A stretch of DNA of 34,413 bases from the IMG/VR virus record IMGVR_UViG_2645728091_000016; one strand, written 5' to 3'. Source of the stretch: a virus. Lineage: Duplodnaviria > Heunggongvirae > Uroviricota > Caudoviricetes. The position numbers were made by a program, and so were the translations under genes. The notes below the pieces were generated by a model. The model saw only the letters and a program-made list of their open reading frames with translations, searched no databases and was not told the origin of the DNA. This document shows positions 26,154 through 34,413 of the stretch, piece after piece (the stretch's first letter is position 1; each line of letters starts with the position of its first letter).

Positions 26154-29100
26154 TAACAACCTGCGTCTGCAGGTCATTCTTAATGCGGTTGACAAGCTCA
26201 CCCGCCCATTTCGATCTGCGCAGGCCAGTTCAAGAGAACTGGCTGCTGCTGTCAAAAAATCCCGCGATGCAATAAAGCAGCTTGATCAGGCTGGGAGCAG
26301 TCTGGACAGCTTCCGAAAGCTGCAGGCAGAAAATCAGAAATTAGGCGACAGGCTGAACTATGCCCGCCAGAGTGCAAATTTGCTCAGTCAGGAACTGGGA
26401 GCGATGGGGCCGCCTTCGCAACGTCAGGTTGTTGCTCTGGGCCGTCAACGGCTGGCTGTTCAGCGCCTGGAAGAACGCCAGAAAAAGCTGCAGCAGCAGA
26501 CGGCGCTTGTGCGTGCTGAACTGTACCGGGCGGGAATTTCTGCGAAAGACGATGCGGGAGCAACTGCCCGTTTAGCCCGTGAAACATCACGTTATAACCA
26601 GGAACTTTCGAAACAGGAGGCGCGGCTGAAGCGACTGGGGGAAGCTCAGCGCAGGATGAATGCAGCGCGTGCCAGTTATGCCCGTTCGCTGGAGGTGCGT
26701 GATCGTATTGCAGGTGCCGGAGCCACCACCACGGCTGCAGGGCTGGCAATGGGTGCGCCAGTGATGGCGGCAGTAAAAAGCTATACCAGCATGGAAGATG
26801 CCATGAAAGGTGTGGCAAAGCAGGTCAATGGTCTGCGTGACGATAATGGCAACCGCACTGCACGTTTTTATGAAATGCAGGATGCCATCAAGGCTGCCAG
26901 CGAACAGTTGCCGATGGAAAACGGTGCGGTGGACTTCGCTGCACTGGTTGAAGGTGGTGCGCGCATGAACGTCGCAAACCATGACGACAGCTGGGAAGAT
27001 CAGAAACGTGACCTGCTGGCCTTCGCCAGTACGGCAGCAAAGGCGGCAACAGCCTTTGAGCTGCCAGCGGATGAACTGTCAGAAAGTCTGGGGAAAATCG
27101 CCCAGCTCTACAAAATCCCCACCCGCAATATTGAACAGCTCGGTGATGCGCTGAACTATCTGGATGATAACGCCATGTCGAAAGGGGCAGACATCATTGA
27201 TGTGATGCAACGTCTGGGCGGTGTGGCTGACCGTCTGGATTATCGTAAAGCGGCGGCGCTGGGTTCCACCTTCCTGACACTGGGCGCTGCGCCAGAGGTT
27301 GCAGCCAGTGCAGCAAACGCGATGGTGCGTGAATTGTCCATTGCCACCATGCAAAGCAAGAGTTTCTTTGAAGGGATGAATCTGCTGAAACTCAATCCTG
27401 AAGTGATTGAAAAGCAGATGACGAAGGATGCGATGGGAACCATCCAGCGCGTGCTGGAGAAGGTAAACGCGCTGCCGCAGGACAAGCGCCTGTCTGCCAT
27501 GACTATGTTGTTTGGTAAAGAGTTTGGCGATGACGCGGCGAAACTGGCAAACAACCTGCCGGAACTGCAGCGTCAGTTAAAACTGACAGCGGGCAATGAT
27601 GCGCTTGGCTCCATGCAGAAAGAATCCGACATTAACAAGGATTCACTTTCTGCGCAGTGGTTGCTGGTCAAAACCGGAGCGCAGAACACCTTCAGCAGCC
27701 TGGGCGAAACGCTGCGCCAGCCGCTGATGGATATTCTGTACACGGTGAAAAGCGTCACGGGGGCGTTGCGTCGCTGGGTGGAAGCTAACCCGGAACTGAC
27801 AGGCACACTGATGAAAGCATCGGCTGTTGTGGCTGCGGTTACCGTCGGCCTCGGCACCTTAGCGGTGGCGCTGGCTGCAGTGCTGGGGCCGCTGGCAGTG
27901 ATCCGTCTGGGATTCTCTGTGTTGGGTATCAAAACGTTATCTTCCGTTACGGCAGCAGTAACTCGAACCAGCAGCGCGTTGTCCTGGCTGGCTGGCGCAC
28001 CACTGGCACTGCTGCGACGCGGGCTTGCTTCATCGGGCAACGCCGCAGGTTTACTTACTGCGCCGTTGTCGTCTTTGCGCCGCACGGCATCACTGACGGG
28101 AAATGTCCTGAAAACTGTAGCAGGTGCGCCGGTTGCGCTTTTGCGGTCTGGATTATCCGGTTTACGTGCTGTTGCTGTGATGTTTATGAATCCTCTGGCG
28201 GTACTGCGCGGTGGACTGGCCGCCGCAGGCACGGTGCTGCGAGTACTGGCATCTGGTCCACTGGCGATGCTGCGCGTTGCCCTGTATGCCATATCTGGTC
28301 TGTTAGGTGCTCTGCTCAGTCCGATAGGTCTTGTGGTTACTGCACTGGCGGGCGTGGCGCTGGTTGTCTGGAAATACTGGCAACCCATCACCGCATTTCT
28401 CGGTGGCGTGGTGGAAGGATTCAAAGCGGCGGCAGGTCCCATCAGTGCAGCGTTCGAACAGCTTAAGCCCGTGTTCCAGTGGATTGGCGACAAAGTGCAG
28501 GCGCTGTGGGGCTGGTTTACTGATCTGCTGACGCCCGTTAAGTCGACCTCTGCCGAACTGCAGAGCGCAGCGGCAATGGGGCGGCGATTCGGGGAGGCAC
28601 TGGCGGAAGGGCTGAATATGGTCATGCATCCGCTGGACTCCCTGAAATCCGGAGTTTCCTGGTTGCTGGAGAAGCTCGGCATTGTCAGTAAAGAGGCCGC
28701 AAAGGCAAAACTGCCGGAAAGCGTGACGCGTCAGCAACCTGCGACGGTGAATGCAGACGGTAAAGTGATGATGCCATCGGGTGGTTTTCCATCATGGGGA
28801 TATGGCTTTGCGGGGATGTATGACAGCGGCGGGTATATCCCGCGCGGGCAGTTTGGCATCGTCGGTGAAAACGGGCCGGAAATTGTTAACGGCCCGGCAA
28901 ATGTGACCAGCCGGAGAAATACAGCTGCACTGGCTGCCGTTGTTGCCGGAATGATGGGCGTTGCTGCCGCGCCAGCAGAGCTTCCACCGTTGCACCCCTT
29001 GGCACTTCCCGCGAAAGGAGGAGAAGCAATTGTGAGTCGCGCAGCCACTGTGCCGCTCGTTCAACGGATTGAGGCACCGACGCAGATCATCATTCAGACG

Positions 29101-29223
29101 CAGCCAGGACAAAGTGCGCAGGATATTGCGCGGGAGGTGGCACGCCAGCTTGATGAACGTGAACGCAGGCTGAAGGCAAAAGCCAGGAGTAACTACAGCG
29201 ATCAGGGGGGATACGACGCATGA
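26146..29223 (+). CDS. T: tail tape measure protein (P2 gpT)
   Basis: 1025 aa, Ala/Leu-rich with helical N-terminal half; synteny. Confidence 0.9.
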   Translation: MSDNNLRLQVILNAVDKLTRPFRSAQASSRELAAAVKKSRDAIKQLDQAGSSLDSFRKLQAENQKLGDRLNYARQSANLLSQELGAMGPPSQRQVVALGRQRLAVQRLEERQKKLQQQTALVRAELYRAGISAKDDAGATARLARETSRYNQELSKQEARLKRLGEAQRRMNAARASYARSLEVRDRIAGAGATTTAAGLAMGAPVMAAVKSYTSMEDAMKGVAKQVNGLRDDNGNRTARFYEMQDAIKAASEQLPMENGAVDFAALVEGGARMNVANHDDSWEDQKRDLLAFASTAAKAATAFELPADELSESLGKIAQLYKIPTRNIEQLGDALNYLDDNAMSKGADIIDVMQRLGGVADRLDYRKAAALGSTFLTLGAAPEVAASAANAMVRELSIATMQSKSFFEGMNLLKLNPEVIEKQMTKDAMGTIQRVLEKVNALPQDKRLSAMTMLFGKEFGDDAAKLANNLPELQRQLKLTAGNDALGSMQKESDINKDSLSAQWLLVKTGAQNTFSSLGETLRQPLMDILYTVKSVTGALRRWVEANPELTGTLMKASAVVAAVTVGLGTLAVALAAVLGPLAVIRLGFSVLGIKTLSSVTAAVTRTSSALSWLAGAPLALLRRGLASSGNAAGLLTAPLSSLRRTASLTGNVLKTVAGAPVALLRSGLSGLRAVAVMFMNPLAVLRGGLAAAGTVLRVLASGPLAMLRVALYAISGLLGALLSPIGLVVTALAGVALVVWKYWQPITAFLGGVVEGFKAAAGPISAAFEQLKPVFQWIGDKVQALWGWFTDLLTPVKSTSAELQSAAAMGRRFGEALAEGLNMVMHPLDSLKSGVSWLLEKLGIVSKEAAKAKLPESVTRQQPATVNADGKVMMPSGGFPSWGYGFAGMYDSGGYIPRGQFGIVGENGPEIVNGPANVTSRRNTAALAAVVAGMMGVAAAPAELPPLHPLALPAKGGEAIVSRAATVPLVQRIEAPTQIIIQTQPGQSAQDIAREVARQLDERERRLKAKARSNYSDQGGYDA

Positions 29224-29705
29224 TGATGGTGCTGGGATTGTACGTGTTTATGCTGCGCACTGTTCCGTATCAGGAACTGCAGTATCAACGCAGCTGGCGA
29301 CATGCGGCAAACAGTCGGGTAAACCGACGTCCGTCCACGCAGTTTCTGGGACCGGAAAACGACATGCTGACGCTTTCCGGTGTTCTTATGCCGGAGATAA
29401 CAGGCGGCAGGCTGTCGTTGCTGGCACTGGAGCAGATGGCAGAACAGGGGAAAGCATGGCCCCTGATTGAAGGCAGTGGCACGATTTACGGTATGTATGT
29501 GATTGAGGGACTGAATCAGACTAAAACGGAGTTTTTCCGCGATGGTATGCCGCGCCGGATTGAGTTTACCCTGTCGCTCAAACGGGTGGATGAATCCCTG
29601 TCCGATATGTTCGGTGATCTCAGTGCGCAGCTGAATAATTTGCAGGATACGGCAACGTCTGCCTTAAGCGATATCAGTAAAACGGTGGGAGGGCTGCTGT
29701 CGTGA
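29220..29705 (+). CDS. U: tail protein (P2 gpU)
   Basis: 161 aa; ATGA overlap with T. Confidence 0.85.
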   Translation: MMMVLGLYVFMLRTVPYQELQYQRSWRHAANSRVNRRPSTQFLGPENDMLTLSGVLMPEITGGRLSLLALEQMAEQGKAWPLIEGSGTIYGMYVIEGLNQTKTEFFRDGMPRRIEFTLSLKRVDESLSDMFGDLSAQLNNLQDTATSALSDISKTVGGLLS

Positions 29706-30802
29706 ATTTCAGCTCTGAACTGCTTAACAAAGGCAACAAAACTCCGGCATTCAGCATCAGTATTGAAGGCAGGGATATCACTACTGTGCTGGACAACCGC
29801 CTGATGGGGCTTACGCTGACGGATAACCGGGGCTTTGAAGCGGACCAGCTTGATCTGGAGCTGGACGACGCCGATGGAAAAATCGTGCTGCCGCGCCGTG
29901 GTGCGGTCATTACGCTGGCGCTGGGCTGGAAGGGGCAGCCGCTTTTCCCGAAAGGGGCATTCACGGTGGACGAGATTGAACACACTGGCGCACCGGACCG
30001 CCTGACTATCCGGGCGCGAAGTGCTGATTTTCGTGAAACACTGAATACCCGCCGTGAAAAGTCGTGGCACAAGACCACCGTTGGGGAAGTGGTGAAGGAA
30101 ATAGCTGCGCGGCACAAACTGAAGATGGCATTGGGTAAAGACCTGTCAGATAAACCCGTGGAACATATAGATCAGACCAATGAGAGTGACGGCAGTTTTC
30201 TGATGCGGCTGGCGCGCCAGTACGGTGCTATTGCGTCGGTGAAAAATGGCAATCTGTTATTCATCCGACAGGGGCAGGGTAAAAGCGCCAGTGGTAAACC
30301 ACTACCGGTTATCACTATCACACGTAAGGACGGCGACAGTCACCGCTTTACCCTGGCAGATCGCGGAGCTTACACGGGCGTAATTGCCAGCTGGTTGCAT
30401 ACCCGCGAACCCGCGAAGAAAGAAAGCACCGCGGTGAAGCGTAAGCGCAGGACTAAGAAGCAGAAGAAAGAGCCGGAAACGAAGCAGGGCGATTATCTGG
30501 TGGGTACGGATGAAAACGTGCTGGTACTTAATCGCACCTATGCTAATCGGAGTAACGCCGAACGGGCAGCGAAAATGCAGTGGGAACGCCTGCAACGCGG
30601 CGTTGCGTCATTCTCGCTACAACTGGCGGAAGGGCGGGCAGATCTCTACACGGAAATGCCAGTGAAAGTCAGTGGCTTTAAACAGCCGATAGATGATGCG
30701 GAATGGACCATTACGACTCTGACGCATACCGTCAGCCCCGATAACGGTTTTACAACCAGTCTGGAGCTTGAAGTGAGGATTGATGATTTCGAAATGGAAT
30801 GA
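29702..30802 (+). CDS. D: tail protein D (P2 gpD)
   Basis: 366 aa from GTG 29702 with GGGAGG upstream; synteny. Confidence 0.85.
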   Translation: MNFSSELLNKGNKTPAFSISIEGRDITTVLDNRLMGLTLTDNRGFEADQLDLELDDADGKIVLPRRGAVITLALGWKGQPLFPKGAFTVDEIEHTGAPDRLTIRARSADFRETLNTRREKSWHKTTVGEVVKEIAARHKLKMALGKDLSDKPVEHIDQTNESDGSFLMRLARQYGAIASVKNGNLLFIRQGQGKSASGKPLPVITITRKDGDSHRFTLADRGAYTGVIASWLHTREPAKKESTAVKRKRRTKKQKKEPETKQGDYLVGTDENVLVLNRTYANRSNAERAAKMQWERLQRGVASFSLQLAEGRADLYTEMPVKVSGFKQPIDDAEWTITTLTHTVSPDNGFTTSLELEVRIDDFEME

Positions 30803-30892
30803 TTCTTCGCAATGGAGAACTTTTAAGTTTGCAAAATGGAATAATGCGGTATCATTATTGTGAATTTAGCAAAAATGGGGAGAACTCGAAAA

Positions 30893-31111
30893 ATGATGAT
30901 TTGCCCACTGTGTGGAAGTGCCGCCCATACTCGCAGCAGTTTTCAGGTATCTTCATTGACCAAAGAGCGTTACAACCAGTGCCAGAACATTAACTGCAGC
31001 CATACTTTTGTTACCCATGAAACTTTTGTTCGTTCGATTGCAACGCCAAAAGAGTCAAATCCGGTTCAGCCACATCCAATGAAATCAGGACAGGTGGCGC
31101 TCTCTCTTTGA
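30893..31111 (+). CDS. ogr: Ogr/Delta-family zinc-finger late-gene activator
   Basis: 72 aa from ATG 30893; CPLCGS...CQNINCSHTF resembles P2 Ogr as recalled. Confidence 0.85.
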   Translation: MMICPLCGSAAHTRSSFQVSSLTKERYNQCQNINCSHTFVTHETFVRSIATPKESNPVQPHPMKSGQVALSL

Positions 31112-31187
31112 CGCTGCCGCCATTTTGTCGCCATCGTTAAAAAACAGTGTTTCTAACATCATGATTTTAAACAGCTTAAATTTCAGG

Positions 31188-31236
31188 CAACAAAAAACCC
31201 ATCAACCTTGAACCGAAATGGCGGGGTTGATGGGCT
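31188..31236 (-). terminator. rho-independent terminator (10-bp stem CCCATCAACC/GGTTGATGGG, minus-strand T-tract) downstream of ybjL
   Basis: Inverted repeat at 31198-31207 / 31225-31234; on the minus strand it is followed by TTTTTTGTTG. Confidence 0.5.
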
Positions 31237-31346
31237 CCACAAAATGGGGACATCAAAGAAAAGCAGTGGCACTAATTAAGACTGATGCCCTGCGGAAAAG
31301 TTCTGCGGTTGTGCAAAAAAATTTCATTTTCAGGGCAACTTCAGTT

Positions 31347-33032
31347 TTATCCTAATCCTGGCCATACCATGACGATGATTGTCCCTGCCAGCGTCAGCAG
31401 GACGTTGGCGATTGCATAGGTGCCCGCATAGCCCAGCGCCGGGATGTTACTGCGAGCTGTATCACTGATGATCTCCATTGCCGGCGCGCAGGTGCGTGCG
31501 CCCATCATTGCGCCGAACAACAGTGCGCGGTTCATTCGCAATACATAAGCACCGAACAAGAAACAGATAACCACTGGCACAAGACTGACAATCAATCCGG
31601 CAATCAACATCTGACCGCCAATCGCGCCCAGGCCGTTATTAATACCGCTACCGGCGCTCAGACCAACGCCTGCCATAAACACCATTAAGCCGAACTCTTT
31701 CACCATGCTTAATGCACCCTGCGGAATGTAACCGAAGGTCGGGTGGTTAGCGCGCATAAATCCCAGCATAATTCCGGCGAATAACAACCCGGCAGCGTTC
31801 CCCATGCCGAAACTGAATGTGCTGAACTGGAAGGTGATCATCCCGATCATCAGCCCAATAACAAAGAAGGCGCAGAATGCCAGCAAGTCAGTGACCTGGC
31901 TGTGAATCGAGATAAAGCCGATGCGATCGGCGATGGTTTTTACGCGACGGGCATCGCCGCTGACTTGTAAAACGTCACCTTTGTTAAGCACGACGTTGTC
32001 ATCTATCGGCATCTCAATCTGGCTACGAATGACGCGGTTAAGGAAGCAACCGTGATCGGTCAACTTCAGTTGTGCGAGACGTTTGCCAACGGCGTTATGG
32101 TTTTTAACGACCACTTCTTCAGTGACGATACGCATGTCGAGAAGGTCACGATCGAAAACTTCTTTGCCGTTACGGAAGCTGGGATCGAGTCGTGCGTGGG
32201 CGTCGGGATAGCCTACCAACGCTATTTCATCGCCCATTTGTAGCACAGCATCACCGTCTGGATTTGCCAGAATCCCGTTACGTCGAATACGTTCAATGTA
32301 GCAGCCAGTTTGTCGATAAATACCCAGTTCACGCAGATTTTTGCCGTCGGTCCAGGCCACCAGCTCCGGGCCGACGCGGTAGGCGCGGATCACCGGTAAA
32401 TAAACCTTACGGTTGGCATCAGTGTCCAGGCCACGTTCGCGGGCGATTTGCTGGGCGCTGGTCTGTAAGTCCTGATGCTGCAATTTCGGCAAGTAACGCG
32501 CACCAACAATCAAACTCACCAGACCGATTAAATAGGTTAAGGCATACCCGAGGCTCAGATTATCCAGTGCCAGTGAGAGCTGCCTGCTTTCCATGCCGGA
32601 ATGACGCAGTGTATCGCCAGCACCGACCAGAACCGGTGTCGACGTCATAGAGCCAGCTAACATACCGGCCGTCAGGCCAATATCCCAGCCAAACAGCTTA
32701 CCTAACCCTAAGGCGATCACCAGCGCACTGCCAACCATCACCAGTGCTAACATTAGGTAATTTTTCCCATCGCGAAAAAAAATGGAAAAAAAGTTCGGTC
32801 CGGCTTCGACCCCGACGCAGAAAATAAACAGCATAAAGCCAAGATTAAGCGCGTCGGTGTTAATGCTGAAATGTTGTTGGCCTAATAACAGCGATACGAC
32901 TAAAACGCCAATGGAATTACCCAGTTGGATCGAACCAAGTCGTAATTTCCCGAGACATAGCCCAAGCGCGAGGACCACAAATAATAACAGAATGTAATTC
33001 CCATTTAACAATTCGGCGACGTTTATATTCAC
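31347..33032 (-). CDS. ybjL: putative AAE-family transporter YbjL (two TrkA-C/RCK_C domains)
   Basis: 561 aa; sequence recognised as E. coli YbjL. Confidence 0.9.
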
Positions 33033-33301
33033 GGAGGCTAACTTCTTGTTTACTAGTAAGCTGTTGAAAGAAATGGTAATTTACGATAATGTTTTTTACC
33101 AGAATTCAGGGCGCAGATTCATTCAGCGCACCTAAACGATAGTAAAGTAACAATATATTTTACTAGTGTAATCACATTAGGTATCAACGGCTATATGAAT
33201 TGCGTTGGCCTATATTAGCATGGAATGCGAAGCGGCTTTATCTTACTGAACGCCACACTGGCGAAAAATGTGTTCGATAGACGCAGTGTCAGGAGGAACG
33301 A

Positions 33302-33679
33302 GTGAAACATAAACAACGTTGGGCGGGGGCAATCTGCTGTTTTGTCCTCTTCATTGTGGTGTGTCTTTTTCTGGCGACGCACATGAAAGGCGCTTTTCGG
33401 GCTGCCGGACATCCTGAAATCGGTTTGCTATTTTTCATTCTTCCTGGTGCAGTTGCCAGCTTCTTTTCACATCGTAGAGAAGTCCTGAAACCTCTGTTTG
33501 GCGCAATGCTGGCGGCACCCTGTTCGATGCTCATTATGCGGCTGTTTTTTTCACCGACGCGCTCATTCTGGCAAGAGTTGGCATGGTTATTAAGTGCGGT
33601 GTTCTGGTGTGCGCTGGGGGCATTGTGTTTCTTATTTATCAGTAGTTTGTTTAAACCACAGCACAGAAAAAATCAATAA
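33302..33679 (+). CDS. ybjM: inner membrane protein YbjM
   Basis: 125 aa, GTG start; recognised as E. coli YbjM; synteny. Confidence 0.8.
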   Translation: MKHKQRWAGAICCFVLFIVVCLFLATHMKGAFRAAGHPEIGLLFFILPGAVASFFSHRREVLKPLFGAMLAAPCSMLIMRLFFSPTRSFWQELAWLLSAVFWCALGALCFLFISSLFKPQHRKNQ

Positions 33680-33697
33680 AGCCCTCAACGCGAGGGC
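33679..33697. terminator. hairpin AGCCCTC-AACGC-GAGGGCT between convergent ybjM and grxA; T-tract on minus strand (grxA terminator)
   Basis: Read from sequence. Confidence 0.45.
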
Positions 33698-33708
33698 TTG
33701 TCAGACGA

Positions 33709-33966
33709 TCAGGCGTCCAGATTCTCTTTCACCCATGCAGCAAAATCGGTATAGCCGCCGATATGTTGCTGATCGATAAAAATCTGCGGCACGGTTTCTA
33801 CGGGTTTTCCTGCCTTTTGTTGTAGATCTTCTTTAGTGATCCCTTCCGCACGAATATCTACATACTGATACTGGAAATCATCGCGTTCATTGCTCAATTT
33901 CTCAGCCAGATCTTTTGCACGCACACAGTAAGGGCAACCCGGACGACCAAAAATAACGGTTTGCAT
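33709..33966 (-). CDS. grxA: glutaredoxin 1
   Basis: 85 aa with CPYC active site (RPGCPYCVRAK). Confidence 0.9.
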   Translation of the reverse strand: MQTVIFGRPGCPYCVRAKDLAEKLSNERDDFQYQYVDIRAEGITKEDLQQKAGKPVETVPQIFIDQQHIGGYTDFAAWVKENLDA

Positions 33967-34125
33967 TATTTCTCTCCTTATAGATTTATACCTGTAATGA
34001 TCACGCTAAAATGTATTCGCTGAAAGTAGGTTTAACCTGTTGCATTAATTGCTAAAAGCTATAACTGTTAAACACAATACAGTGAAAAGTTTTAGACTGA
34101 AGGCTCACTTTGCAGAGGGAAGCGT

Positions 34126-34413
34126 ATGCGCGCGATCGGTAAATTGCCTAAAAGCGTGTTGATACTGGAATTTATCGGAATGATGTTGCTGGCGGTGGCG
34201 CTGCTGTCGGTAAGCGACTCCCTGTCGCTACCTGAGCCATTTTCTCGGCCAGAAGTGCAGATTCTGATGGTTTTTCTCGGTGTTTTGCTCATGCTTCCCG
34301 CTGCGGTGGTGGTGATTCTTCAGGTGGCAAAACGTCTTGCCCCACAGCTGATGAACCATCCACCGCAATATTCACGTTCAGAAAGAGAAAAAGATAATGA
34401 CGCCAACCATTGA
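34126..34413 (+). CDS. ybjC: small membrane protein YbjC
   Basis: 95 aa; recognised as E. coli YbjC; complete, stop at window end. Confidence 0.8.
   Translation: MRAIGKLPKSVLILEFIGMMLLAVALLSVSDSLSLPEPFSRPEVQILMVFLGVLLMLPAAVVVILQVAKRLAPQLMNHPPQYSRSEREKDNDANH

Larger units (their letters stand above)
1..31190. mobile_element. P2/186-family prophage, partial: integrase/attL end lies left of the window; right boundary approximate, somewhere between ogr (ends 31111) and ybjL (ends 31347)
   Basis: Contiguous, syntenic set of P2/186 early and late genes followed by E. coli core genes ybjL-ybjM-grxA-ybjC. Confidence 0.8.

Noticed and set aside
27573-28682. 369-aa minus-strand ORF, plus 28303-28737, 28731-29048 and others, antisense within the tape measure gene
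   Set aside because: Lies entirely antisense to a well-supported 1025-aa phage gene in GC-rich DNA; no independent start context; typical spurious antisense frame.
30799-30993. 64-aa ORF overlapping the ogr start
   Set aside because: Out of frame with ogr, which has the recognisable zinc-finger motif; no separate support.
31112-31346. tRNA gene at the attachment site
   Set aside because: No cloverleaf-compatible sequence or conserved tRNA boxes seen by eye; cannot be fully excluded without tRNAscan.
1-34413. CRISPR arrays or insertion sequences
   Set aside because: No regularly spaced direct repeats and no transposase-like ORF with terminal inverted repeats seen.

Overview
The window is about 31 kb of a P2/186-family temperate myovirus prophage followed by host genes ybjL, ybjM, grxA and ybjC. 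The early/immunity region is 186-like: CI repressor, Apl/Cox-like gene, CII, TraR-like zinc finger, Dam methyltransferase, replication initiator A, then a LexA-box-controlled small ORF plus DinI-like gene. The late region is P2-like: Q and P leftward, O N M L X, a pinholin/SAR-endolysin/spanin lysis cassette, R S, V W J I H, FI FII E/E' T U D and Ogr, with three TGT-N12-ACA late-promoter elements. The tail-fibre tip lies in a roughly 1.45 kb invertible segment with hix/gix-like crossover sites and an adjacent Hin/Gin-family invertase. Integrase and attL are left of the window. The main candidate for something undescribed is the AT-rich accessory slot between the DinI-like gene and the portal gene (about 6.56-9.45 kb), which straddles a putative cos site. 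It carries a 177-aa orphan gene on the minus strand and a two-gene operon (271-aa soluble protein plus 238-aa two-TM membrane protein), none of which I can assign to a known family by eye. This is the locus where P2-family phages carry anti-phage cargo, so I propose these as candidate defence or abortive-infection genes. All calls rest on reading the sequence and ORF track; no searches were run.
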